From a virus: a DNA stretch of 64,000 bases. Below the pieces are notes generated by a model. The model searched no databases and was not told where the DNA came from. It saw nothing but the letters and a program-made list of their open reading frames with translations. The stretch lies in the IMG/VR virus record IMGVR_UViG_3300027756_000004. The stretch is one strand, 5' to 3'. This document shows positions 22,501 to 31,870 of this stretch, in pieces (the stretch's first letter is position 1; the number at the start of each line of letters is the position of its first letter). A program made the position numbers and the translations under genes.

Positions 22501-25500
22501 CCAAATTTTAATTTGGTGGTATCTATGGACAGTATATCTTCGTATGTTTTCAATGTGAAATTTACATCTTCTGGATCCACGAATCCAGCTGTTTTAACGT
22601 ATTCCTCTTGGTTTAATTTCAAAGGAAATGGTCTGTGATTGTAGTTTATTGTGCGTAAGTAAGTTTCATCAGATTTAATACGTAACACAAAATCAGGATC
22701 TGTGGGACTGGCGTCATCAGTCAATAATACGGGTTGCGGATTTAATCTAAATTTCTTTTCATCCAATAGATACTCAAATTCATCAAATGATTGCGATGCA
22801 CCATACTGTCCAGTTCGGATGGCCCACTCCTCATAAAATTCTATGCTGTCTTTATTAGCACTAGCCAATGAATCAAACATCTTGCTGAGTGCATTCTTAG
22901 TGCCTTTGTCCTGTATGAACCCTTGATAGAATCTATATTGTGCCACATCATCATTGATAATATTTTGTAGATACTCTCTTTTTTGATAGCCTATTAAATG
23001 TTGTGCTAACTTCTGCTGACTTACATCAAAATTATCGGTGTCTAAGTCATAAAAATCACCAAATTGATTGGTTTTGTATTCAAAGTTAGGTCTCAACACA
23101 CTGACTGGTCTTTGATCCAGTTTGTTCCAAAATTTGTTTTCAAAAACATTGCCGCCTTTGACATTCACATTGGCACTGTAAAAAAATTCTTTGTATTTGA
23201 CCACATCACTCATGGAATAATCTGTGTACACTTGCCATTCTTTCACAATAACTTCATCGTACACAAAGCCCGGCACATCCAGTGATCCATTCCAATCGCT
23301 TACTACATATCCTATCACATTGATTCTCTCCTGTCTGTATCCTGGAGCAAGATCATATATTATATCGTTGAATACTGTGACGTTGTCTATCATCACCACA
23401 TGTTCTTTTTGAACCAATGGAATTTTTACAAAATAAATACCTTCGTTGGTATTTTTTGTCGTTAAACTAAAACTATTGCCTTGTCGAACAACCTGTAATC
23501 TTTGCGATATAATTTTCACGCCGTCCGCTCTCAACACTGCATAGTCATAAAAATTATCAAAGATATTATCTGCCACTGTGTATTCAGTTTTTAATTTTAA
23601 AGTATTTGCCGCAGGACTCAATGCCAACACTGCTCCTGATCTCCAATTTTGTGTGGTCCAGAATAAAAATTCTTGAGCACTTAAAAACCAATTTTCTATT
23701 GTGTTAATTTCTTTGTTAAACACATCAAATATAAAACCTTTGGACTCAAGGTATTTTGCATATCCCAATATAAAGTCCACTACTTCTTGCTGCGTGGACA
23801 TTACAGTGCCATAGTCAATTGTAGATACAGTGTCAGTAAAATTTTTGCTAAATGTAGCTACCACGCCACCTTCTGTTGGTAGTTCAGACAATTTTTGGAA
23901 TTTTTTTCCGTCAAATTGATTGTCACTGAAATGATCTATTTTAGCTGAATAAAATTGATTGCGAAATTGTACTATCTGTGTGGCAGTATAACGTTTGCCT
24001 GAGGTCCATATCACATATTGACTGCTGACTGCGCCAATTTTTTTTACTTGGTCATCTGTTTTTTTAATTGGTTCAAAATATTTAAATTTAGGATAGTTAG
24101 AATCATATCCTTTTATCACAAATCCTTTTGCAATTTTTTCAATCACTATGCCACTGTACACTAATACATCTACAGGAGAACTGACATTTAGATGTATGTC
24201 GTAATTTTCTTCTGGCACAAACACATTGCTTTTATTCAAAGGTGATCTACTATCCAGTAACAGTTTAAATTTTTGTTTTTCAGTGAATCCTTTCACTCTA
24301 AATCCTAACTGTTGTGTTAGATTCATCACAGATTCTTTATAATCTGTGTAATTTGTTAACACATCCGTTTTAATATAATTTGCAATGTAGTTGATTAACC
24401 CTGATGTTAACACAAGATTTTCATCGGCTCGACTGTTAGGAAAAATTAAATCTTTTAGAGCAATTCTTTTTTCTGTAACGCTATTCACTATTTCATTGGT
24501 GATATTTTTGGTAATTCTAGATACATCAAAATTTACTCCCATTGTGTATGCTGGTCTATTCAACATCATGGCTTTTAACACAGCGAAAGGATAGTTAGAG
24601 CTGCGTCTCCAAGCAGTTTCCACTGGAGCATGATCACCAAATTTAAATTTTTCAGTGGACAAAGTTAATATAAAATTTTTTGCGTAATTACTTTGTATAG
24701 GACTTAATAATTTTCCATCTTCATCCACAGGCAGATGATTTAACAAATTATCACGTTTGTATCTTTTATCGTAAACTAATTTTTTTCCTGGTTCACGAAT
24801 CACTCCTGCTTGTAAGTCTTCCCAAAGTATTAGATTATCTTTGGTATAAGGAGCAGGTCCGTACTGAGTGTTCCACCATGTAGGTTGTTCACTAAAGCCC
24901 AACATCTCCCAAGGATGACTGTGTGGTCTGTCTGTGTCATAGGCTTGTTTGTAAACGGCTCTCCAAAAACCTGGTAAACTTTTGCCTGTTGGCGACAGCA
25001 TGTGTGAATGATTAAAGGTAAAATCATTCAAACTATCATAGAAAAAGTTATCTGTGTAGTCTGATGCACCTGCTACACTATTCCATCTAATAAAATCATC
25101 TATAATAGATTGATCAATATTTTCAATTTTATAGACTGTGTCTCTGTATGTGCTTGGAATAAAATCATGCACGTTCCTTATATCTTTGTCGTATTGTATC
25201 TTAATGTTATTGTAGATTCTTTTTTCAAGTTCTAATAATAGATTATCTCTATAATCTCCATAAGCCACCATTAAACTGCCGTCATGCCCTTGCAACACTG
25301 CTACTGGGTTTACAAGAGTATCATCTTGATATATTACAGGTTTGTATTTAGGATACATTCCCAGTTTGGTTGGTGTGGCAGGCACATGGTTGCCAATTGT
25401 ACTTTCATATTCAAATATCTCCACTAAATCATTCTCTGATAACGATTTAGATATTACACAGAAATTTTCATTATTAAAGGTATAATCAGAGCCATGCAAT

Positions 25501-28331
25501 AATTGAGCTCCATTTAGATACACCTGCACTGCATTGGTGCTTAATGCGGACATGTTAAATGCTTTGCTTAAGGCAAAATATATGTTGCTGTTATCATAAA
25601 CTTTAAAAGATAATTTTTTTGCAGCTCCATACGGAATCATATCACTGAAATAAAAAGGCATATTAGAGTTTTTATCAGTGTTAATAGTTTGCATGATTAA
25701 GTCAACGTGTTCGCGTACTGTGCCTCCAAATCCAGAATTTTCTGCTGTTTGTAAAAATATTTTTTTAAATTTGTCATATTCTTTAGCAGCATACGCAATT
25801 GATTTAATTACGTTTGCTTGTTTTTCCGCTACATGATACAATGCTAAATTTATTGGTGCACTGTGCTGCACAAACTTAGTACCATATATTGTCATATTAC
25901 CTAGATCTCTTAGATTGTTGGATCCTGGACTGATGCCCGAGAATGTTTCTAAATTTTCAATTATGCTGTCCACGTGATTGTTGACTTCGCCAAAAGTAAA
26001 ACTGGAGATGTTGCTGTTAAAAGGATTACTCTGTAAATTAATAGGCATCTCATAATATCCTGCAGAAGTTTTTACTTCATTGCAGTGAGTCTTCAGTATT
26101 ATGGATTGATTTTCTTTTAATTTTTTAGACAGTCTCACATATTTGACATCATTCTTAACAAACGTGGTAAATTCATGTGACTGCAATAACTTTCTGTTGA
26201 CATAAACTTTAAGGATTAAATTTTGTATTAATCCACTGTTTTCATACTGATCAATGGCAAAGTCGTTGGTGCGTGCAGTGCCAACATACTGTCTTATTAT
26301 CATTTGTCTGCTGTTGTGTGCGGCCTTGCTCCAACCATGAGCATACACTTTTGTCGTTCTTGTGCTGAATTTTTTTAGATAACCTACATCTGTATTTTTA
26401 GATACTAATGCATCACCTGATTGATAACTGAAAGAATCTATCAATAAGTTAAAATCATATACTATGTCACCCACATTGTTGACATTTCTATAAGATAAAG
26501 GAAATCCCAACTCCGAGTCATTCACACCTGTGCCTATTTTGTAACTAAAAACTTTATTGCCTGTGAAACTAGAACTAAAATACTTTGTTTGATCAGCAAA
26601 ACTTACCCCTGCGCTGTCGCAAAGATCAAACAACGGTGCTTGATTAGGTTTGGTTTTTTCTTGAGCTTGTTTCCAAGTGGTTCCGTCATAATAAAACGTT
26701 TTACCTTTGTTAACTTGCCCGTTCAAAATTAAAACCACTTCATTTTCTAAAGGTTGTGAATCTGCAATCTCTTGCAAAGATATTTGCTTATTTGTTGGGT
26801 CACCATCGCCGCCAAAGTTGATAATTTGTACTTCAAATATTTTGTTTTTTACCAGTATGTCTGTATCAGCTGTCACCAGTATCCTCATGCCGTTGACCAA
26901 ATCCACTCCATCCACATTGTAGCCTGTGGCGCCCTCTATGGTGGAAAAAACATCTGTGGTGAATGTGTCAATCACATCCACATATTGTTTGGCAAATGTG
27001 CCAAATTGATACAATTTTAAACCAGCATCAAATTCAATAATGGGTCTTTGCGCTCTCAAAGACTCGTCCACTTCTAATGGCACACCATTGTATGTGGCCA
27101 CTGCCTGTATCACTGACTTGTGAGTCCATTTGTTGATTCTTGACCAAGGATTTCTGTCTGGTGAATTTTTCTTAATTACTATATAATCTTTCACATCTGC
27201 ATTCAAATCATCTATGTCAAATGTTGCTTTGTCAAAAAAGTCTCCTGCATTGTCAAATGCATCAAGATTATCATCCGCAATATCACTGGGCACAGCAAGA
27301 TCTTGTTCATTCACTAATACAATGGCTTCGCCAACACCTTCCACATACCAATCATTTTGTGCATATTGGATAGGAGTAACATTGCCTTTAAAATTAACTT
27401 TCATACCATTAGATAATGATATACCGTTGGTTAAAGTATAGTCTTTCTTGCCTAGAATTTCTTTTGACACATCTATTTCACTGTTTTCTTCTATGTTAGC
27501 AATTTGTATCAATCCGTAGGCATTGATATCATTGGCAGCTACATAATAAAGTATGTCTGGAGTGTTTGCATCCACCACAAAAGTTATTATGCCTTGCTCA
27601 ACATTTTGATCACTCACACCGTTGGGAGAGTCTACAAAATTAAAATCTGAATCTAAAGTTCTTGCTGTTTTGATTGTGAATGGCAAGCCTGGAGTATTAA
27701 TATCAAAACGATAGGTTATGCCTCTGTACAAAATAAGCGTAGCATTCACTGTTTGACCATCAGGTGTGATCATGTAGGCCACATTGTCTTGATTATCACT
27801 CAGCGTCACTGTATAAGTGCTTTGTACTTGCTGTTGTAAACCTGTGATGGTGATGGGGTTAGGGCCATAGGTCAACCAATAGTATTCTCTAAAATTTATA
27901 AACTTGTCCCAGTCTATATTGGGATTCCAACTGTAGTATTCTGCAGCATTTAAAACACTGTGGTTGTCCACAACACCACCCAGACTTTTTATTTGGTTGA
28001 TGTAATCCACATAATCTTTGTAAAACAAAACATTGTTAAGATTGTCTCTGCGTACTACCACAGGCTCTAATTGATAGTTTTGTCTATCATCACTGACTTC
28101 ATTGATGTAGTTGTCATTAGGCACAAACGCTTGGGCATTTTTTCTGCCATAAAATGCACTTACTTTTTCAACTGTACCAGGATTTAAAAGTTGATCTAAT
28201 GTACTGTATAAAAATTTTGTGTTGGTGGGAGTTCTAAAATATCTTGGCAGTAAATCGCTTGATTTACGACTTACAGAACCATCTGCTGATGTGGGAAGTG
28301 CTGACTCTTCTTGATTGTTATCGTATGCCAT
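13581..28331 (-). CDS. Giant (4916 aa) multidomain baseplate/structural protein in the gp7 position
   Basis: Uninterrupted ORF directly after gp6; FG-GAP-like propeller blades, CBM5/12-like motifs, GSGY repeats and C-terminal GDGST repeats. Confidence 0.8.
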   Translation of the reverse strand: MAYDNNQEESALPTSADGSVSRKSSDLLPRYFRTPTNTKFLYSTLDQLLNPGTVEKVSAFYGRKNAQAFVPNDNYINEVSDDRQNYQLEPVVVRRDNLNNVLFYKDYVDYINQIKSLGGVVDNHSVLNAAEYYSWNPNIDWDKFINFREYYWLTYGPNPITITGLQQQVQSTYTVTLSDNQDNVAYMITPDGQTVNATLILYRGITYRFDINTPGLPFTIKTARTLDSDFNFVDSPNGVSDQNVEQGIITFVVDANTPDILYYVAANDINAYGLIQIANIEENSEIDVSKEILGKKDYTLTNGISLSNGMKVNFKGNVTPIQYAQNDWYVEGVGEAIVLVNEQDLAVPSDIADDNLDAFDNAGDFFDKATFDIDDLNADVKDYIVIKKNSPDRNPWSRINKWTHKSVIQAVATYNGVPLEVDESLRAQRPIIEFDAGLKLYQFGTFAKQYVDVIDTFTTDVFSTIEGATGYNVDGVDLVNGMRILVTADTDILVKNKIFEVQIINFGGDGDPTNKQISLQEIADSQPLENEVVLILNGQVNKGKTFYYDGTTWKQAQEKTKPNQAPLFDLCDSAGVSFADQTKYFSSSFTGNKVFSYKIGTGVNDSELGFPLSYRNVNNVGDIVYDFNLLIDSFSYQSGDALVSKNTDVGYLKKFSTRTTKVYAHGWSKAAHNSRQMIIRQYVGTARTNDFAIDQYENSGLIQNLILKVYVNRKLLQSHEFTTFVKNDVKYVRLSKKLKENQSIILKTHCNEVKTSAGYYEMPINLQSNPFNSNISSFTFGEVNNHVDSIIENLETFSGISPGSNNLRDLGNMTIYGTKFVQHSAPINLALYHVAEKQANVIKSIAYAAKEYDKFKKIFLQTAENSGFGGTVREHVDLIMQTINTDKNSNMPFYFSDMIPYGAAKKLSFKVYDNSNIYFALSKAFNMSALSTNAVQVYLNGAQLLHGSDYTFNNENFCVISKSLSENDLVEIFEYESTIGNHVPATPTKLGMYPKYKPVIYQDDTLVNPVAVLQGHDGSLMVAYGDYRDNLLLELEKRIYNNIKIQYDKDIRNVHDFIPSTYRDTVYKIENIDQSIIDDFIRWNSVAGASDYTDNFFYDSLNDFTFNHSHMLSPTGKSLPGFWRAVYKQAYDTDRPHSHPWEMLGFSEQPTWWNTQYGPAPYTKDNLILWEDLQAGVIREPGKKLVYDKRYKRDNLLNHLPVDEDGKLLSPIQSNYAKNFILTLSTEKFKFGDHAPVETAWRRSSNYPFAVLKAMMLNRPAYTMGVNFDVSRITKNITNEIVNSVTEKRIALKDLIFPNSRADENLVLTSGLINYIANYIKTDVLTNYTDYKESVMNLTQQLGFRVKGFTEKQKFKLLLDSRSPLNKSNVFVPEENYDIHLNVSSPVDVLVYSGIVIEKIAKGFVIKGYDSNYPKFKYFEPIKKTDDQVKKIGAVSSQYVIWTSGKRYTATQIVQFRNQFYSAKIDHFSDNQFDGKKFQKLSELPTEGGVVATFSKNFTDTVSTIDYGTVMSTQQEVVDFILGYAKYLESKGFIFDVFNKEINTIENWFLSAQEFLFWTTQNWRSGAVLALSPAANTLKLKTEYTVADNIFDNFYDYAVLRADGVKIISQRLQVVRQGNSFSLTTKNTNEGIYFVKIPLVQKEHVVMIDNVTVFNDIIYDLAPGYRQERINVIGYVVSDWNGSLDVPGFVYDEVIVKEWQVYTDYSMSDVVKYKEFFYSANVNVKGGNVFENKFWNKLDQRPVSVLRPNFEYKTNQFGDFYDLDTDNFDVSQQKLAQHLIGYQKREYLQNIINDDVAQYRFYQGFIQDKGTKNALSKMFDSLASANKDSIEFYEEWAIRTGQYGASQSFDEFEYLLDEKKFRLNPQPVLLTDDASPTDPDFVLRIKSDETYLRTINYNHRPFPLKLNQEEYVKTAGFVDPEDVNFTLKTYEDILSIDTTKLKFGQYVWIGFFKQSWNIYKHVKTELKIYTVAEQGNDVIINTNVPAVLAVDDIISVTIPQQNSTQLFKVKSVALDKITCAKNGATQITSNDGSSYGFLGKFVSAKLSNLQAINAKALEFIGFKDNDLFWIENNNLNDWAVLKNKKTFIKHQQILNYNTNSSGTYGQSIAVDDSNNVMVVADKNIGLLVYQRGSNSGQFTLRQVIDVPQDIWTGNADFGATLDISPDGKILVVGAPKASNVKSYYKGQYNISASYAIGDIVFHKQQLWRVVNPVLGQDPSVDFTTFSATSFWSEAHYDAGTGTYPEIKQMITGNYTFTGVGADHILIRATTDQYRGSAVGDTLVLYWNNLTTEYPTGNVPFGGNAVGIDKAFIDGPHVIDEKIDQIINIDLTITAPSVGNLLNTDTANGTVAYIFTQGTQSIIYLKNVTGNLVDAAQIRLGPTPVGDYTRILLEDYDSVAGWWKIDVPSPGTTSGKFDNKRSLVVRDIIKAGDPRTAFLYFNSLDTIATQAAGLPLAATSASQLSILSYYKTFSISGYSTFVGDVFDNRFLVRAPKQFSDVLPTATYDEVGIWFNTILTGTPATVIEPIALDLPFNDLNGVNEIIDKWNGFLRVDAQPDGLGLFYIPTIGSTVQDNDTGHTAEVAYVKVIGFNLLQIYIKNKTGPFSLGSTLGPSTALILVGTPNRTVGIIQVSELENAVSGSLLVFDAGAVLTPTSNSAYHFINGLEYYLYQDITQDGISRGASVPSKVNRDYVQTFNIPAGVGYTSGLTEQGIFLVYQRQRNNSYVLTNNFIVPAAQPAIVSSAGNFLGLGSSIKLRQHNNVNTLFVGTATTNGGTGAGRLYFFKKANLDFQVSVDANYTGLFDSTDTYYTDDLVAYNDVIFKSLTTQGPGSFNATFWEAQTEGTDYLGFVPPGVPQGIAPGSPPVIFPTLEGDSTQNIQAPLAFGVAFDINDSGSVLAVSIDDQLDSTIEKKVIVYRLINNRYQFSQTIVSPDSGEDNTEFASKIAISSDGMFLAVSSPRADQSTTDGGVVYIYKQINGVFQSVQTLISPQPKATERFGNNIDFDGSTLVVSSLNGDTELNFTLDQGLTYFDRGATTFNTKVYNTGSIYVYEDYNGVLIYADEFSINNTNLNEFGKNLKIVDNHVYASLPYYINDLASPNTEGLIINFRKPADARTWASHKSPMYPVDVNKVKSIFLYNVKTKKLLSRLDYLDPVQGKIAGTAEQELYYKTNYDPAVYTSAAQTDVTLDVQTSWNKEQVGRLWWNLSTVKFYNAYQNNIIFANNYWNKMFPGSSIDVCEWVESIYTPQEYNTLGASNSAASILAGISGTALYNNSTYAIRRMYDYVSKSFSNRYYFWVKNKKTLPNMEGRKLSAFDVAQLIEDPRKQFYRYVTLLNNNKFSLHNISNLLENTDVAINFSFWNIEDKNINIHNQYQLISDGVNYSKPKKEIEAVWFNSLIGYDEHYNTVPDEKLSVKYKYGTLRKPRQSWFVNRVEALKQAIERVNAVCSKNLIVFNNNISRLSESEKKPNSVKRFYDLTRDSFADLSFVATANVTPATLIPVIEDGKIINVIITASGSGYKVAPTYKIIDPTGTGTGADFTLQINVSGQINNVLINRGGSNYSTSTRIEVRKFSVLIESDANVNGKWAIYSWDNVEGVYNRTMLQAYNVNLFWNYIDWYAEGYGKFTEINYNVSDSYKLQLIDDEIGDIVKIENIGTGGWILLEKIANLLNVDYTINYKTVGRQNGTIQFSKQLYDFSASVTVGFNSTSYDLATYDFQPIAETRIILETIRDYIFVDELEIEYNQLFFASLRYVFNEQSFVDWAFKTSFVKGKHNVGELSQKVVYKNDNLENYQDYISEVKPYKTKVREYISAYESIDNDPVGVTDFDLPATYNAATNKIEASVAKIINDQLVGYNLADTYPNKHWLNNLGFKIKEIKISNPGSGYLGIPVLHISGGGGTGATATAYVTNGRVTRIEITNKGSGYISAPTISIQGTVSAGGYTATAVAVLGEALIKSTHIRVKFDRTTGTLLITDLVRTENFVGTGNQLKFLLKWPINLKSNKITVTVNQRRALFSEYVYNNAEDTSKSYIRSKGFVTFFQPPTVGSTIQIQYEIDANVLQTQDRVNLLYDPVTGQLGKDLGQLIEGIDYGGVEVRSFSFGGGAGWDADPFFTSTWDTYDTTFEDEVFRLDGSTNTFNLSKPLAAGVNYNIYKNGVRIDDPNFGTVNPVTNVNALMKTIIGDGSTSVVQINEQTIPTVNNDLIVIRKSSSDGSFLPDPDAYDTLLQGGNLAYNTATGILAQDIIVDGDGFVTPTTSKGPEELVPGQVLDTVDIQVYDRSGETGSRINSYNYKGNGSTTTFTIDSLPQSQDSVFVKVNNIIVSNTNFTTDFPSKTLVFNSAPANNAQINIITMSINGEGIIDTDQFLGDGSTFIFVTRAKFTSNQSSYVKVNGETVSYVLGETDSGYQYTGKTLINFAVPPAQGSIITYVIYASVAKTFSEVTYDDFLGDGSTAVYTLSPTPFNQEPLTHNVIVKIGNSVLNAGYNERFDVSAIREYALNNWQQPAATVLRTDVRAFLNGLELTSTEYRWESANSSVVLETGVGTVGDKLKVYVISDGDYTVVGNVLTLDTAPTIGQTIKVWQFTNHDVEQIDRINYDVVARSSLTVNSEDYFEYQNLTNGIIRLRDPALDAQYVWVSVNGTTLAPSVDYKISNDQQLLKINTPLQLNDVIDIVHFTAPKYNVKFGFRQFKDMLNRTHFKRLGNDYKYYLTQTLHWYSQEIFLANTQGLTVPNPSFGRPGVLFIDGERIEYFLKLDNRLAQLRRGTLGTGIKSLYAVGTEVFDQSAFQTVPYSDETVTEVFNSDGSTENLTLSWIPRSVNEFEVFVAGKRLRKNSIRQYNATLGMDSPEADVILPAEFSVTGSSTTLALTVAPPINTRITVVRRLGRVWNAYTALSQTENDIARFLRAKEVSLPQ

Positions 28332-28333
28332 TT

Positions 28334-31300
28334 TTAATAACCATATCCTCCAGAAGATCCAGAGCTTCCAGAAGATCCAGAGCCTCCGCTACTGTTAGAA
28401 CTGGTAGCAACACTGCTGGTGCCACTGGTGATGCCTGTGTTGATTGTGTTGGTAGCAGTGACCACAAAGCCATCTGCTCTCAATTTAGAAGCAGTCAATG
28501 CATCAATTATTTCCACATCCTGCACAGTTGCCCCACTGATGAAAATTTCATCACTTTCAGATTTAATTTCATACAGACTACCAAATGTTTGCACAGCCTG
28601 ATCAGGCACAATCACAAAAGTAACTATGTCTGGAGCCAGTTGAGTCATTACGTAGGTGCTTAGTTCTGAGAAATAAAATGTATCTCCAAAATCCCAATTT
28701 TCTAGATTAAAATATTGATTGATTGCCTGTATTACACGCACTTTGATATCATCATTGTTTGTGACTTCGTTTAGGTTTTTAACCAATTTAAATGTGGCTT
28801 GAAATTTAGATTCTGATTTGTCACCAAATAAAACTTTGTATTTCACTGGGTGATATATTACTTCATCACTGATAGATTTGATTAGATTAATTTGTTGCCC
28901 AAAATTCTTATACATATTATCTGAACTTAATGGCAATGGTTTGTTCTCTATTGTTCCATCCAACCATGATCTAAAAGAGATGTCGTATGATCTTGTTAAC
29001 AAAAACACATCTATAATATTAGTTACACTAGGATCTATTCTAGTAGCACTATCTGCACTGTGAACATATTGAAATTTTAATTGAGATCTGCCTAAATGTG
29101 CCTTATAGTTGCCAGTCACAGCAATAGTTAAAGTGGCTTTTGATAGTTTTTTAAATACATTTGTCACTGAATTGTAAAATACAGTGTCAGTATCATATGA
29201 ACTATAAGCTCCTATCTGATTTTCACTGGTTATTGTTACAATATTTTCTAAATCTGTTGATACATAATTAAAATCTTCCACTCCTGCTGTGGTAATTTTC
29301 TTCTGAAATATATAATTGTTATTGGCTACAATATTTTTGAAAGCGTCTGGATTATCCATCAGTCCATCATCATCAGAATCAAACTGAGTGACTTCAATTT
29401 TTTTGCTGTCAACATAGCCTTGAGTATCTCTGTACTCTTGCAGCACTTGCCAATCAACGTGGCTTTGCATAGGCGTAAGTATTCCTGGAGCATTGTTGAT
29501 AGATAGCACAGAAATTTTATCTTTAATCACTTTACCTACGTTAGCCACGTAATCTTTGTTGTTGCTGTCATAGAAAAAACGTATTTCTTTGTCACTTTCA
29601 AAAACATATCTCACTCCTCTATAGGTCACTGTGTATAAATCAGTGTCAGTGGTGAACAACAACAGCCAACTGGCATCCAGTTGTTGATTAGTGTTGTCTC
29701 CTGTTTTTCCTGTGCTAAAACTACCAAACAAATTTAAGTTAGTTTCATCAATCACCACCCAATCTCTCACAGCAGTGTTGTATCTTAAACCAAATACACT
29801 GTTAGAAAATATTTTATCCAACATTTGTAATTTGATATCACTGGATAGCACTTTTGAAAATTTTGCAATAATTTGTGTTAATATTGCTCCTGTAGGAACA
29901 ATATCATTGAATACGATAGGTCCTGTGCCATCCGCTTGAATTACTGTGCCACTGTCAATCACTCTAATCACTGTGGTCCATAGAAAGTCAGTAGCTCCTG
30001 GATGATTGGCAGACCCTTGCATCAGTGTGCCGTCAGGCATGAAATGATAGCCTATGGGCGCAACAAATTTACATTGTGCTTGTGGTTCTAAATATTTTAA
30101 AACACTTTGTGTGAATGTTCCCACTGCAATTTTTTTATTGTCCACATCCTGTAAACCACCTGTGGAGATATTGCTGCCTGAACTGCTTTGATACCAATAA
30201 TAATTAACATCTGTGGTTAATATTAATGGAAAATTGTCTTGATAAAAGTTAAAAAGTTTTTTTTCAGAAACCAAAGGTTCAATCACATTGTTGATCACTC
30301 CTTCTATGTCTGTTCTGCTGACATAACTGAACGTGATGCTGTTGTCTATTCTTTCTTTGTAAATGATTCCATCATTGCCAAATATGTTAGTGCTGCTGTA
30401 TTTGCTGGTGGCATCTAACAGGTCAAAATATCTTGAAATTCCACTGCTGGTTCTATTAACTGACTTAACTTTAATAATTTCTTGATTGGTTGACAATGGA
30501 GCCACATTGTAATCTTCACCTGTAATCATTCTGTTTTGAGTGTAATAAGTGGATGGAGCATTGCTTCTTATAGATGCTGTGGTTTCTGAATTGCTGGCAT
30601 TGTCAATGGTGTATTGCAATGACATAGCAATGGTGAGTGTTTCAGTTTTGCCTGATGCACTGAGATAGTCCACTTGAATTTCTATATTTGCCATATCGGC
30701 TGGCACTATTTTAAATTGTCTGTTATCACTCACTCTATAATAGGCTCTGAACCCGCCTTTGGGTAAATTGCCAAAAGTTCCATCTGCAAATTGCAGATTG
30801 ATTCTGTCTTCTGTTCTAGTAATCACACTGTAAATATTTCTAATACCTTTAGCAGTGCTGTTGTAAATCACATTGTTGCCCTCTGTGGCACTAACTTTGG
30901 TCCATAATTCTTGTTCTACTTTGTTGCTGTTCAGAGAATAAAGCCATACATCAGTTTGATTGATATTGTCAGCATCAATGCTCACTATTTGGTTGGGTGT
31001 GGATAGTGCCACATTAAAATCCCCTTGCTGCAGTACACCTTGTCTAAAATGAAAAAAGAATCCTGTGTGGCTGCTGGAGTATCCTTTGCCATCATCTTTG
31101 TACAAACAAGATAATTTATTTGTGGGTAATGGCGCCAATTCTTCAACGATGCCTGCATTCACATCCACTGATACCACTTCAAATTGTGTGTTTCTTCCGT
31201 CTATGCTTTTGGAAAAAGTAAACACTGGAGTTTCCTGTAAATTAGAATTGAATTGATATTGTTCCACAGGAACACCATCCACTGTGTCTTTTTTGTTGGG

Positions 31301-31816
31301 ACGACCCACTTTGGTGTTGACTGGTAGTGCAGCATTCATTACTTTTATAAATTGCTCATACCAATCTGGATTACTGGTATCATTCCATATTATGGTTTGA
31401 TTGGCAATGTTCACATTGTTGCTGTCAATGATTCCTTCTGTAGTGGAAATTGATTGCATTTTTAAAAGTCCATTGGCACACTGATTTCTTTTGGCATTGT
31501 AGCTCAGCAGTCTAGCCAGTCTCAACACAGATTCTCTGCGCTCTGCTAATTCAATAAAATTTTCTCTAGCATTGAGGTCAATTCTAAAAGCAATATTTTG
31601 TCCCAAGAAAGCAATCAAATCAATCAAGGCAAGGTATTCACTGCTTTCTAAATAGTCATTGAAATCTTCTGGATAATTTTGACGCAGATATCCAATCATG
31701 GATCTGCGAAGATTGTCAAAATCGTAGCTGGTAAAGTCAGCGTTTCTAAAGCTCTGATAGACCTTTCTCCAGTCTTCTGCCAGCAATAATTTATTCAATC
31801 TATCTGTGGATGACAT
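28334..31816 (-). CDS. Baseplate wedge protein, T4 gp6-like
   Basis: DFTSYDFDNLR, LIDLIAF, ARENFIELAERRESVLRLARLLSY, QFADGTFG, QNRMITGEDY. Confidence 0.85.
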   Translation of the reverse strand: MSSTDRLNKLLLAEDWRKVYQSFRNADFTSYDFDNLRRSMIGYLRQNYPEDFNDYLESSEYLALIDLIAFLGQNIAFRIDLNARENFIELAERRESVLRLARLLSYNAKRNQCANGLLKMQSISTTEGIIDSNNVNIANQTIIWNDTSNPDWYEQFIKVMNAALPVNTKVGRPNKKDTVDGVPVEQYQFNSNLQETPVFTFSKSIDGRNTQFEVVSVDVNAGIVEELAPLPTNKLSCLYKDDGKGYSSSHTGFFFHFRQGVLQQGDFNVALSTPNQIVSIDADNINQTDVWLYSLNSNKVEQELWTKVSATEGNNVIYNSTAKGIRNIYSVITRTEDRINLQFADGTFGNLPKGGFRAYYRVSDNRQFKIVPADMANIEIQVDYLSASGKTETLTIAMSLQYTIDNASNSETTASIRSNAPSTYYTQNRMITGEDYNVAPLSTNQEIIKVKSVNRTSSGISRYFDLLDATSKYSSTNIFGNDGIIYKERIDNSITFSYVSRTDIEGVINNVIEPLVSEKKLFNFYQDNFPLILTTDVNYYWYQSSSGSNISTGGLQDVDNKKIAVGTFTQSVLKYLEPQAQCKFVAPIGYHFMPDGTLMQGSANHPGATDFLWTTVIRVIDSGTVIQADGTGPIVFNDIVPTGAILTQIIAKFSKVLSSDIKLQMLDKIFSNSVFGLRYNTAVRDWVVIDETNLNLFGSFSTGKTGDNTNQQLDASWLLLFTTDTDLYTVTYRGVRYVFESDKEIRFFYDSNNKDYVANVGKVIKDKISVLSINNAPGILTPMQSHVDWQVLQEYRDTQGYVDSKKIEVTQFDSDDDGLMDNPDAFKNIVANNNYIFQKKITTAGVEDFNYVSTDLENIVTITSENQIGAYSSYDTDTVFYNSVTNVFKKLSKATLTIAVTGNYKAHLGRSQLKFQYVHSADSATRIDPSVTNIIDVFLLTRSYDISFRSWLDGTIENKPLPLSSDNMYKNFGQQINLIKSISDEVIYHPVKYKVLFGDKSESKFQATFKLVKNLNEVTNNDDIKVRVIQAINQYFNLENWDFGDTFYFSELSTYVMTQLAPDIVTFVIVPDQAVQTFGSLYEIKSESDEIFISGATVQDVEIIDALTASKLRADGFVVTATNTINTGITSGTSSVATSSNSSGGSGSSGSSGSSGGYGY

Positions 31817-31870
31817 ATATCTCCGTTATATGAAGTTATTTATTAGGTTTGATTAAATGCTCTGTTAATT

